Positions 50,986-59,782 of a stretch of 64,000 nt of DNA are shown one piece after another (position 1 is the stretch's first letter; each line of letters opens with the position of its first letter). The position numbers were made by a program, and so were the translations under genes. Source of the DNA: Opitutia bacterium (lineage in GTDB: Bacteria > Verrucomicrobiota > Verrucomicrobiia > Opitutales > Opitutaceae); assembly GCA_947478395.1 (NCBI GenBank), contig CANJVR010000002.1, forward strand, positions 1 to 64,000, given 5' to 3'. The notes beneath the pieces were generated by a model, which had not been told where the DNA came from, did no database searches, and was given only the letters and a program-made list of their open reading frames with translations.

Positions 50986-52515
50986 ATGGCTTTTTTCATT
51001 GGCATCGATTCCGGCACCCAGAGCACGAAGGCGGTTGTGCTCGATCTCGCCGCACGCACCGTGATCGCCGAGGCGCGCGCGTCGCATCAATTGATCGGCG
51101 GCCTGCCCGTCGGTCACATGGAACAGCACCCCGCGGATTGGGTGGCGGCCCTCGACAGGGTGCTGCGTGACGTCGTCGCAAAGATCGGCCCGGACCGCGC
51201 GCAACGCGTCCGCGGCATCGGGGTGTCGGGCCAGCAACATGGCTTTGTCCCGCTCGACGCAGAGGGAAACGTCATACGTCCGGCCAAGCTTTGGTGCGAT
51301 ACCAGCACGACCGAAGAGTGCGCGATTATCACCAAGAAGCTTGGTGGGCCAAAGGGGGCGATCCGGAAAACGGGCAATCTCATTCTACCCGGTTTCACCG
51401 CGCCGAAAATTCTCTGGTTGAAGCGTCACGAGCCGGCGAACTACCGGCGGCTGCGTCACGTGCTGCTGCCGCACGACTACCTGAATTTTTATCTCACCGG
51501 CAATTATCACATGGAGTTGGGCGACGCCTCGGGCACGGCGCTCATGGATGTGCGCCGGCGCGTTTGGTCGAAAGACGCAATCAACGCGATCGACCGGAAT
51601 CTCGCGAAATTTCTCCCGTCGCTGTCGGCCTCGCACGAAGCCGCCGGACTCTTGCTTCCGGCGCTCGCGGTTAAATACGGCTTTTCGCCCGACGTCGTGA
51701 TCAGCGCCGGCGGCGGCGACAACATGATGGGTGCGATCGGCACCGGGAACGTCGAGCCGGGCGTCGTGACGGCGAGCTTCGGCACGAGCGGGACCATTTA
51801 CGCTTATGCCGCGAAACCGGTGATCGATCCGCAGGGCGAGATCGCGGCGTTTTCGTCGTCGAGCGGGGGCTGGCTGCCGCTGCTCTGCACGATGAACGTG
51901 ACCACGGTGACTGAGCAGGTGCGCGCGCTTTTCGGGCAGGACCATGCGGCGCTTAACGCCGCGGTGAGTTCCGCGCCGGTGGGTGCGGGCGGTCTCCTGC
52001 TCTTGCCATATTTCGCCGGAGAGCGGACGCCTAACGTCCCAGATGGTTCGGGCGTGCTGCTCGGACTAAACGGAAACAATTTCAGTTCAGCCCACCTTGC
52101 TCGCGCCGCGATGGAAGGCGTAACGCTCGGCATGAACTATGGCCTGCGGCGATTGGCCGCGCTCGGCGTGAAGGCCAAAGAGATTCGAGTGACGGGCGGT
52201 GGCGCGAAGTCGCCCGTATGGCGGCAGATCATGGCCGACGTCTTCGGCGTGCCAGTCGTGGCGATGGTGGAAGAGGAAGGCGCGGCACTCGGCGGAGCGC
52301 TGCAAGCCGCCTGGTGCGTGGCGCGGCGCGAAGGAAATAAAAAAGCGCGCCTCACCGATTTCACGACGGGCACGGTCGCGTTGGACGAAACGACCCGCTG
52401 CACCCCGAACAAAGCGAATGTAACTCGCTATCGTGAGTTGCAGGTTTTGCAGGATGAATTGAGCCGGTCACTGCGCGGAGTGTTCGCCGCCCAGCGGAAG
52501 TTTGCGGCCGGCTGA
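50986..52515 (+). CDS. xylB: Xylulokinase (FGGY kinase)
   Basis: GIDSGTQSTK, SGQQHG, KLWCDT, GFTAPK, LLPHDYLN, GGGDN, GERTP, GGGAKS..WRQI.AD. Confidence 0.9.
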   Translation: MAFFIGIDSGTQSTKAVVLDLAARTVIAEARASHQLIGGLPVGHMEQHPADWVAALDRVLRDVVAKIGPDRAQRVRGIGVSGQQHGFVPLDAEGNVIRPAKLWCDTSTTEECAIITKKLGGPKGAIRKTGNLILPGFTAPKILWLKRHEPANYRRLRHVLLPHDYLNFYLTGNYHMELGDASGTALMDVRRRVWSKDAINAIDRNLAKFLPSLSASHEAAGLLLPALAVKYGFSPDVVISAGGGDNMMGAIGTGNVEPGVVTASFGTSGTIYAYAAKPVIDPQGEIAAFSSSSGGWLPLLCTMNVTTVTEQVRALFGQDHAALNAAVSSAPVGAGGLLLLPYFAGERTPNVPDGSGVLLGLNGNNFSSAHLARAAMEGVTLGMNYGLRRLAALGVKAKEIRVTGGGAKSPVWRQIMADVFGVPVVAMVEEEGAALGGALQAAWCVARREGNKKARLTDFTTGTVALDETTRCTPNKANVTRYRELQVLQDELSRSLRGVFAAQRKFAAG

Positions 52516-52787
52516 TTTCGCTTGGGCTATTCGAAAAAAATCTCGCCTGCGGGAAATTGATTTTCGGCATCGGGCCACCCCGATGCTTAACCGACGAAAA
52601 TTTGTCGGCAGCGTGGCGGCCTTCGTCGCCGCCGGTTGTTGCGCAGTGGGGCGTGGGAGCCTGGTCGGCGCGCGCGGCCGGAGGATTGAGTCCTTGCACG
52701 CAGAAAGACTGTCAGGAAGAGTCCGGCTCCTTTTCGCGCGTCTTGTTGGGCCGGGACGCGTTAACCCCTTTGTCCCCGCAAATCCCC

Positions 52788-54356
52788 ATGAAAAAAATCG
52801 TTGCTTCAGTCTTGTTGGCCTCGTGCGTCGCCGGTGCCTTCGCGCCTTCCGCCTTCGCGCAAATTGGCCGGCGTTTTCCTTCTGAGAAAAAAATCGTGCC
52901 AGATCCGGTGACCGGGGTCCCGCTGACGTTTCTCACGAGCACGCCGGCGGGTGATTCCAAGATTTATCAGACCCACCACCAGTGGACCTCGGACGGCAAA
53001 TGGCTGATCTTCCGTTCGAATCGCGTGCGCGGCCAGGCGATGGCGGTCAACGAAGCGACCGGCGACATCGTCCAAGTCACCGAGGGTGGTTACTCCGGCA
53101 TGCTGTGTCTGGCCGATCACTCGATGAATCTTTATTTCGCCCGGACGCCCGGGATGGTTTTGGCCGATGCTTCGAATGCTCCGGCCAGCGGCGGTCTGAT
53201 GGTACCGGCGAATACTCCTGCGGGGGCCAACGCTCCTGCGGCCGCTGCGGCCGGCGCGGCCGGTGCTGGTGGACCGGGTGGCCGCCGAGGACAGACCGTG
53301 CCGTCGCAAATCGTGCGCGTCGATCTGGAGAAACTTTTCGCCGACAGTGCTGCGGGTAAACTTAAGAGCGCCGATGCTTATGAACACGTGTGCGGCACGG
53401 TGCCGCTCGATTTCGGCAACGTGGGCGATGTCGCCCTCGATCCAACGGAGGAGTACGTGTATTTCAGGGTGAGCAATCGGGAGATCGCCGCTGCGCATCT
53501 TCCCCCCGATACCAAAGCGGAGCCAACGTTTGGGCCGCGTGGAATGGGCTCCGGTCCCGCGGGCCTTGCGAAGATGAATCTAAAGACGGGGAAAATCGAC
53601 TACATCGTCTCGGTGCCGTTCCAGATCGGCCACGTGCAGACGAATCCGTGGGTCCCGGGCGAAATCATTTTCTGTTGGGAAACCGGAGGTAAGGCGCCAC
53701 AGCGGACCTGGACCGTGATGGCCGATGGTACCGGCTTACGTCCGCTCTATCCGGAATCGGATTACGACTGGGTCACGCACGAAGCGGTAATCACGAAAGA
53801 CGAGGTCGCGATCGCGATGCTTTACCTGCGCACGCCGTTGGCTGGACCGCGCGCGCCGCGGCCGGCGAATGCCAATCAACCGGCGGCCGCGGCCAATGGC
53901 GCTCGTCGGGGTGGAAATAATCCGCCCGTCGTGGTTCCCCCCGAGCAGCAGGTCGTCTTAGACCGGACCGGCATGGACGGACATCCCACCGGTTTGGGCA
54001 TTGTGAATTTGCGCACGCGCGAAATGCGGATCATCGGTCAAGTTCCCATCGGCGATCCCGGCCGTTCGGTCTGGCACGTGAACGGTTCGCCCGACGGGCG
54101 TTGGGCGGTAGCCGACGATTTCCAATACCGCCTCTGGCTCATCGACCGGAACAACGGCGAAATGATTTTGTTGTCCGACAACGGCCATAAGACGACCGCG
54201 CAGGATCACCAACATCCGACGTTCAACGCCGATAGCACGAAGATCGAAATTCAATCGGCGATGCTCTCGGAAGATGGGCGTTCGCTGAACATCTGCGTGG
54301 TGCCGGTGCCCAAGACCTGGCTGGCGCGCACGTACACGAATAAAAAATTAGAGTGA
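52788..54356 (+). CDS. Exported oligogalacturonate lyase family protein (PL22-like beta-propeller)
   Basis: DPVTG..LT.LT, YQTHHQWT.DG, GHVQTNP, FCWETGG, VTHE, WHVNGS.DG, HQHPTF. Confidence 0.82.
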   Translation: MKKIVASVLLASCVAGAFAPSAFAQIGRRFPSEKKIVPDPVTGVPLTFLTSTPAGDSKIYQTHHQWTSDGKWLIFRSNRVRGQAMAVNEATGDIVQVTEGGYSGMLCLADHSMNLYFARTPGMVLADASNAPASGGLMVPANTPAGANAPAAAAAGAAGAGGPGGRRGQTVPSQIVRVDLEKLFADSAAGKLKSADAYEHVCGTVPLDFGNVGDVALDPTEEYVYFRVSNREIAAAHLPPDTKAEPTFGPRGMGSGPAGLAKMNLKTGKIDYIVSVPFQIGHVQTNPWVPGEIIFCWETGGKAPQRTWTVMADGTGLRPLYPESDYDWVTHEAVITKDEVAIAMLYLRTPLAGPRAPRPANANQPAAAANGARRGGNNPPVVVPPEQQVVLDRTGMDGHPTGLGIVNLRTREMRIIGQVPIGDPGRSVWHVNGSPDGRWAVADDFQYRLWLIDRNNGEMILLSDNGHKTTAQDHQHPTFNADSTKIEIQSAMLSEDGRSLNICVVPVPKTWLARTYTNKKLE

Positions 54357-54373
54357 TGCGTTCTGGGTAGCTA

Positions 54374-54401
54374 CGCTCGCGGGCGCTTTGGCCCGCGAGC
54401 G
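54374..54401. terminator. Hairpin between convergent genes
   Basis: CGCTCGCGGGC/GCCCGCGAGCG perfect 11-bp stem with a 6-nt loop. Confidence 0.6.
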
Positions 54402-54445
54402 GGGCGACGGCCGGCGTTTTTCTGCCGCCTTATTTCTTTCCGCCC

Positions 54446-55621
54446 TCAATAGCGGCGCATCGTCGGTTCGATGCGCTCCGCCCACGCATCGATCCCGCCG
54501 GCGACATTGCTCACGCGGGAAAAGCCCTTTGCGCGCAGAAATTCGGTGGCGCGGAGACTTCGGGCGCCGTGATGGCAGTGGATGAGCAAATGTTTGTCGC
54601 GCGGTAGTGCCGCCAAATGCTCCGGAACCTGGCGGAGCGGAATCACCTCGGCCCCGGCGATCCGGCAGATCTCCACCTCGTACGGTTCGCGCACATCGAC
54701 CAGTAACACGTCGGTCGGCGTGGCGGTCAGCAGGCGCTGGGTTTCTTCGACGCTGATTTCGAGGGGGACGGATTCGTCGGACATGGTTAAAGTGGAGGGC
54801 GGGGTGCAGGAAAAATCGTAGTGAGCCGAATCGAGCTTGGTGATTTTTGGCGCGGTCCCGCAAACCGGGCATTCCAGTGAGCGCGAAATCTTGAGCGGGT
54901 GGAAGGTCTGCCCCAGCGCGTCGTAGGTCAGCAGTCGCCCGCGCAGCGTTTCGCCCGCGCCCGTGATTACTTTGATTGCCTCGAGTGCTTGGAGGCTCCC
55001 GATCACGCCGCAAAGTGCGCCGACGACGCCGGCTTCTCCGCAATTGGGAATCGTGCCGGCGGTCGGCGCTTCGGGAAACAGGCAGCGGTAGCAGGGGGCT
55101 CCGACCGATGGATCGAACACGGTGAGCTGACCTTCGAATTTATAAACACTACCGTGCACCACGGGGCGGCGAGTCAGCACCGCCGCGTCGTTGATCAGAT
55201 AACGCGCCGCAAAATTATCGGTGCCGTCCACGATGAGATCGTAGGTGTCGAAAATCGACTGGGCATTTTCGACGGTGATACCCGCGGCGTGCTCGATAAC
55301 GGAGATGAACGGATTCATCGACCGGAGTCGGCGGGCGGCGGAAGTCACTTTCGTTTCGCCGATGGATTGATCGTCATGGAGCAACTGCCGCTGGAGATTG
55401 TGGGCTTCAACGCGATCGAAGTCAGCGATGCCCACCGTGCCGACGCCGGCCGCGGCGAGATACAGGGCGGCGGGACTCCCCAAACCGCCCGCGCCAACGA
55501 CCAGCACGCGAGCCGCGGAGAGCTTTTGTTGACCGGCGACGCCAAGCTCACTCAGCAGAATGTGCCTGCTATATCGCGCAAGTTCGTCGGGCGAAAGCTG
55601 GGGCGGTTTTTCGGACGGCAT
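54446..55621 (-). CDS. moeB: MoeB/ThiF adenylyltransferase with C-terminal rhodanese (MoeZ-like)
   Basis: RYSRH, GAGGLGSP, NLQRQ, DGTDNF..RY, CYRCLFP, NCGEAGV, CPVC, DVREPYE, CHHGARS. Confidence 0.92.
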   Translation of the reverse strand: MPSEKPPQLSPDELARYSRHILLSELGVAGQQKLSAARVLVVGAGGLGSPAALYLAAAGVGTVGIADFDRVEAHNLQRQLLHDDQSIGETKVTSAARRLRSMNPFISVIEHAAGITVENAQSIFDTYDLIVDGTDNFAARYLINDAAVLTRRPVVHGSVYKFEGQLTVFDPSVGAPCYRCLFPEAPTAGTIPNCGEAGVVGALCGVIGSLQALEAIKVITGAGETLRGRLLTYDALGQTFHPLKISRSLECPVCGTAPKITKLDSAHYDFSCTPPSTLTMSDESVPLEISVEETQRLLTATPTDVLLVDVREPYEVEICRIAGAEVIPLRQVPEHLAALPRDKHLLIHCHHGARSLRATEFLRAKGFSRVSNVAGGIDAWAERIEPTMRRY

Positions 55622-55768
55622 TGACGTGAAACAGAGCCGGGCGCGACCGGGCCGCAAGTAAAGATCGTTCGCTGGAGCCAAGCTCTTGGCGTTTCGCCCT
55701 CCTGCGGCGAGGGCGCAGTTATTCCGCGACCCTTGGTTCGCGCGGCCTGAAAAGCAGCCGGGCGATGT

Positions 55769-56743
55769 TTACGGCAAAAATTTACGCTCGTGCAGCCAGT
55801 AAAGACACTGGTCTGCCCACGGTGGAGCGGGGCGATCGGGCCGGCCTAGGCCGAGCCCGTGCGCACCCGTTTCATAGATATGAAGGGAATAGGGGACACC
55901 CGCGCGCCGCAGGGCAGCGGCGAACATCATCGAGTTTTCAACGGGCACCGTTTTATCGGCGACCGTGGCCCAGATAAAACACGGCGGAGTTTCGGCGGTA
56001 ACTTGCAGTTCGACCGAAAGATCTTTGATGAGTTCGGGCGAAGGGTTGTCGCCGAGGAGTTGTTTGCGGGAGCCGGCGTGGGCGAATTCGCCGAAGGTGA
56101 TGACCGGATAACACAGGACGACGACGTCGGGGCGGGAGCTTTCGCGTTCGATTGGATCCGCTGCGGCGGGTTTCCCGGCATCGAAATGTGTCGCAATGGT
56201 CCCGGCCAAATGTCCGCCGGCGGAGGAGCCGATCACACCGATGCGGTTGGCGTCGAGGCCGCCGCTCTTGCGTGCGAATGATCGGACCATGCGCACGGCG
56301 CGCGCGATGTCCGTGAGTTCGGCGGGATGATGATAGCCCTGTGAGCCGAGCCGGTAACGGAGCACGTAGGCGGCGACGCCTTTGCTCGCGAGCCACTCCG
56401 CGTAACCCGTGCCCTCATGGGCCGCGAGATTCGAGTAACCGCCGCCGGGCAGAACGATCATCGCCGCGCCATTTCCGCCTGAAGCCGGCAGATACGGGGT
56501 GAGGGTGGGGATATCTTGCGGCCGTTGTCCAAGCGCGCCCGGTGCATCGCCCTCCCAAAGCCGAATGGAGTTGGGTGGAATTGAGGTGACCAGACTCGGA
56601 ACAGCCGGAACCGCAGGCGCGGGCGCTGAAGGCGTGGGGGCAGTAGCGGCGGCCGGAGTTTGAGCGCGCGTCGGACTCGTGGTGGCTCCAGCGATGAGTA
56701 ACGCGGTGAGTAGAAACGCAGCGAAATTATTTTTGGTGGGCAT
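55769..56743 (-). CDS. Exported alpha/beta esterase (carbohydrate-esterase-like)
   Basis: PGGGY, GSSAGGHL, RPD..L.YPVI, DKTVPVENS, GAHGLG. Confidence 0.88.
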   Translation of the reverse strand: MPTKNNFAAFLLTALLIAGATTSPTRAQTPAAATAPTPSAPAPAVPAVPSLVTSIPPNSIRLWEGDAPGALGQRPQDIPTLTPYLPASGGNGAAMIVLPGGGYSNLAAHEGTGYAEWLASKGVAAYVLRYRLGSQGYHHPAELTDIARAVRMVRSFARKSGGLDANRIGVIGSSAGGHLAGTIATHFDAGKPAAADPIERESSRPDVVVLCYPVITFGEFAHAGSRKQLLGDNPSPELIKDLSVELQVTAETPPCFIWATVADKTVPVENSMMFAAALRRAGVPYSLHIYETGAHGLGLGRPDRPAPPWADQCLYWLHERKFLP

Positions 56744-56817
56744 AGGGGTGTGATCGTTGACCAGCGAAGAAGAAGCGGTGGGTGGACGATTGGAAACCCG
56801 AAAAAGAACAAGGCCCC

Positions 56818-56955
56818 GGAGCCGTATGCGGGTGGGTGTTCGCTCCGCACTCGGTTTAATCCGCCGGGAGACGCGTTGGCCTTCGGGCGGAGATCAATTC
56901 GAGCCGCTCGAAGCCAATCCGACGCTGGAGATTTTCGATTTCAGCCGACGGCTCT
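56818..56955. other. Candidate structured RNA or palindromic element
   Basis: Closing stem GGAGCCGT/ACGGCTCT, 14-bp inner stem, side hairpins; no family recognised. Confidence 0.4.
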
Positions 56956-56967
56956 ATCGCGACTCAC

Positions 56968-58050
56968 TTAATTTTGACCGGCCTTCGACGTGTTTCCGCT
57001 TTTCGCCTCAATGAATTCGCGGATGACGTTCATCCGCTGGCGGGCGCGATCTTCTTGTTCGATCTCGTCGCTATTACGGATGGTTTCGTTCTTGGCCATC
57101 GCCTTGCGCATTTTCGACAGGGCGAGATATTCCAACTGGCGAATCCTCTCGCGGGTGACGTGAAATTTCCGGCCGACCTCTTCCAAAGTCAGCTCGTCAC
57201 GTCCCTCCAGACCGAAACGAAGTTTGATGATCTCGGCTTCGCGTTGATCGAGCGAATTCACCATCGAGTTCAAATCGGAGTTGAGGTTTCGATCGCGCAA
57301 TTCCTCGTAGGGGCTGACGGCATTGTCGTCGCCCACAATTTCGCCGAACGTGCCGGAATTGTCGTCTTGCCCGATCGGGGCGTCGAGCGAGGCCGGCCGG
57401 ACGCTCACCGATTTTAGATGGGCAACCTTCGCCGTCGGAATCTGCAATTCTATCGCCAATTCTTCGTCGGTCGGCTCGCGGCCGAGGTTCTCGGAAAGTT
57501 TCATCGCGGTCTTCCGCATCTTGGAAATCTTGTCCACCAAGTGGACGGGCAGGCGGATGGTCTTCGATTGGTTGGCCAGGGCGCGCTTGATGGATTGCTT
57601 GATCCACCACGCTGCGTAGGTGGACAGCTTTCCACCCTTCCGGGGGTCGAAGCGTTCCACGGCTTTGATGAGGCCGATGTTGCCTTCGCTGATCAGGTCG
57701 AGGAGCGGGAGACCAAAATCTTTATAGTCCATCGCAATTTTGACGACGAGACGGAGATTGGCCGAAATCATGTGATCGCGCGCCGCCTTGTCGCCGCGCC
57801 GAATACGCCGGGCTAGCGTGATTTCCTCTGCAATGGTGAGCAGCGCAGTTTTTCCAATCTCTTGGAGATAGAGCTGGAGGTTGCTGCGCTCTCCGTGCGC
57901 GATTTGTTCGGCCGGAGCGGATTCGGATTTTTCCAGAAATGAAGGCGCGCTATCGAGCGGCGCGGAATTAAGGACGGCGGTCGGAGCCTCGGCAGCAGCG
58001 GCATCGTCGATGGCGTTAAGCGAGCGGGACGACTTTGTTTTGGCGGGCAT
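56968..58050 (-). CDS. RNA polymerase sigma-70 factor, RpoD/SigA family (short)
   Basis: LYLQEIG, ANLRLVVKIA, DLISEGNIGL.KAVERFDP, STYAAWWIKQ, TIRLPVH, TLEEVG..F.VTRERIRQLE. Confidence 0.95.
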   Translation of the reverse strand: MPAKTKSSRSLNAIDDAAAAEAPTAVLNSAPLDSAPSFLEKSESAPAEQIAHGERSNLQLYLQEIGKTALLTIAEEITLARRIRRGDKAARDHMISANLRLVVKIAMDYKDFGLPLLDLISEGNIGLIKAVERFDPRKGGKLSTYAAWWIKQSIKRALANQSKTIRLPVHLVDKISKMRKTAMKLSENLGREPTDEELAIELQIPTAKVAHLKSVSVRPASLDAPIGQDDNSGTFGEIVGDDNAVSPYEELRDRNLNSDLNSMVNSLDQREAEIIKLRFGLEGRDELTLEEVGRKFHVTRERIRQLEYLALSKMRKAMAKNETIRNSDEIEQEDRARQRMNVIREFIEAKSGNTSKAGQN

Positions 58051-58266
58051 AGAATTGATCCTCGGTGAATGATAGAGAGATGATGGACGAGTTTGTTCCC
58101 GAACCGGTAGCTAAAGCTGTTCCATTTGGAATTACGCCGATCCTCCCTCGTGGGTTGCATGAACTTTCCGGCTAGTACGGGAAGTAATGGCGCACAGAAT
58201 CTCCCCTGCATGGGCACATCGTCGCGTGAGCGGGGCGACCGCTCGACGCCTCCGACCGGGCGTGGC

Positions 58267-59763
58267 CTAAGCCGGCTTGCCGTGAAACTGGGAGGCAATT
58301 TCCGCGGCTTTGAGCAACGCGGACGCCTTGCTGATCGTTTCCTGATACTCCGCGGCCGGTACGGAATCCGCCACCACACCGGCGCCTGCTTGGATGTGCA
58401 GCTGGCCGCCCTTGAGAAGGGCAGTGCGCAGCATGATGCACGAGTCCAGGTTGCCGTCGTACCCGAAATAGCCCAAGGCGCCGGCATAAAAGCCCCGCTG
58501 GCTGGGCTCGCTTTGGGCGATGATCTGCATCGCGCGAATCTTGGGTGCGCCACTCACCGTGCCCGCGGGAAAGGTGGCGCGCATCAGATCGTAGGCTGAC
58601 TTGCCAGGCGCGATCTGGCCCTCGACCTGCGAAACGATGTGCATCACATGCGAGTACCGTTCTATGACGTTCAGCTCTGGCACCCGAATCGAGCCATAAC
58701 GGCAGACGCGGCCGATGTCGTTGCGGGCGAGATCCACCAACATCAGATGCTCGGCGAGCTCCTTCTGATCGGACAATAATTCTTTTTCGAGTGCGGCGTC
58801 CTCTTCGGGCGTCGCACCGCGGCGCCGGGTTCCGGCGATCGGTCGAATTTCAACGAGTTCATCGGTGAGCCGCACATGGACCTCGGGTGATGCACCGACG
58901 ATGGCGAAATCGCCCGCATCAAGAATGAACATGTAGGGCGACGGGTTGACCGTGCGGAGGGCGCGATACAGATCCAGCGGAGATTGGCTGAACGGCCGGG
59001 TGAAGCGCTGGGAGGGGACGAACTGAATGATGTCGCCCGCGCGGATGAATTCCTTCCCGGCTTCCACGGCGGCCTCAAAGCGGGCTTGGGTGAAATTGCC
59101 CGGGGGCACGGCTACTTTTCCCGGCTCGATGAGCAGCGCAGGCGCCAGGCCGCGGGGTTGTTGGAGGAGATTAAAAAGATACTGGAGCTCAGTCACCGCC
59201 GCGTCGTAGGCGACCCCAGCATCCCCTTGAATGTGGGCGTTGACGCACAAACGCAGGGTCTGCTTGGCGCGATCGAATATCAGCAGCGAATCCGAAAGCA
59301 TGAAATAAAGCAGCGGCACGCCCAGTTCGTCTCGGGCCACGGCAGGGACCGTGGGCTCGATGCGCGTGACGTACTCGTAGCCGATGAAACCTACGGCTCC
59401 TCCGGTAAAACGCGGCAGGTCGGGCAGCACCACCGGCCGATAGCGGCTCATCTCGCTTTCGATAAGCGTCAGCGGGTCGGGCGGTGTTGGTACCGTTTGG
59501 CTCGGTGCGCCGGGCACGCGAATTTCGGTAGTGACCGGACCGCAGATGAAAATTTTGCGCGGCCGGCATCCGATGAAACTATAACGTGAAAGCGTTTCGC
59601 CGCCTTCCACGGATTCGAGGAGATACGAAGGCCCGGCATCGCGCAGTTTAGCGTACGCGGAGACCGGCGTTTCGAAGTCGGCCATCAAATCGGTGTAGAC
59701 GGGGACGACATTGCCTTTTTCGGCGAGGCGCAGAAACGCCTCGCGGGAGGGATGCACATTCAT
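58267..59763 (-). CDS. trpE: Anthranilate synthase component I
   Basis: LLESVEGG..SRYSF, NPSPYMF, GASPE, PIAGTR, KELAEHLMLVDLARND, FPAGTVSGAPKIRAM. Confidence 0.93.
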   Translation of the reverse strand: MNVHPSREAFLRLAEKGNVVPVYTDLMADFETPVSAYAKLRDAGPSYLLESVEGGETLSRYSFIGCRPRKIFICGPVTTEIRVPGAPSQTVPTPPDPLTLIESEMSRYRPVVLPDLPRFTGGAVGFIGYEYVTRIEPTVPAVARDELGVPLLYFMLSDSLLIFDRAKQTLRLCVNAHIQGDAGVAYDAAVTELQYLFNLLQQPRGLAPALLIEPGKVAVPPGNFTQARFEAAVEAGKEFIRAGDIIQFVPSQRFTRPFSQSPLDLYRALRTVNPSPYMFILDAGDFAIVGASPEVHVRLTDELVEIRPIAGTRRRGATPEEDAALEKELLSDQKELAEHLMLVDLARNDIGRVCRYGSIRVPELNVIERYSHVMHIVSQVEGQIAPGKSAYDLMRATFPAGTVSGAPKIRAMQIIAQSEPSQRGFYAGALGYFGYDGNLDSCIMLRTALLKGGQLHIQAGAGVVADSVPAAEYQETISKASALLKAAEIASQFHGKPA

Positions 59764-59782
59764 GGCGCTGAGATTGGGACGG

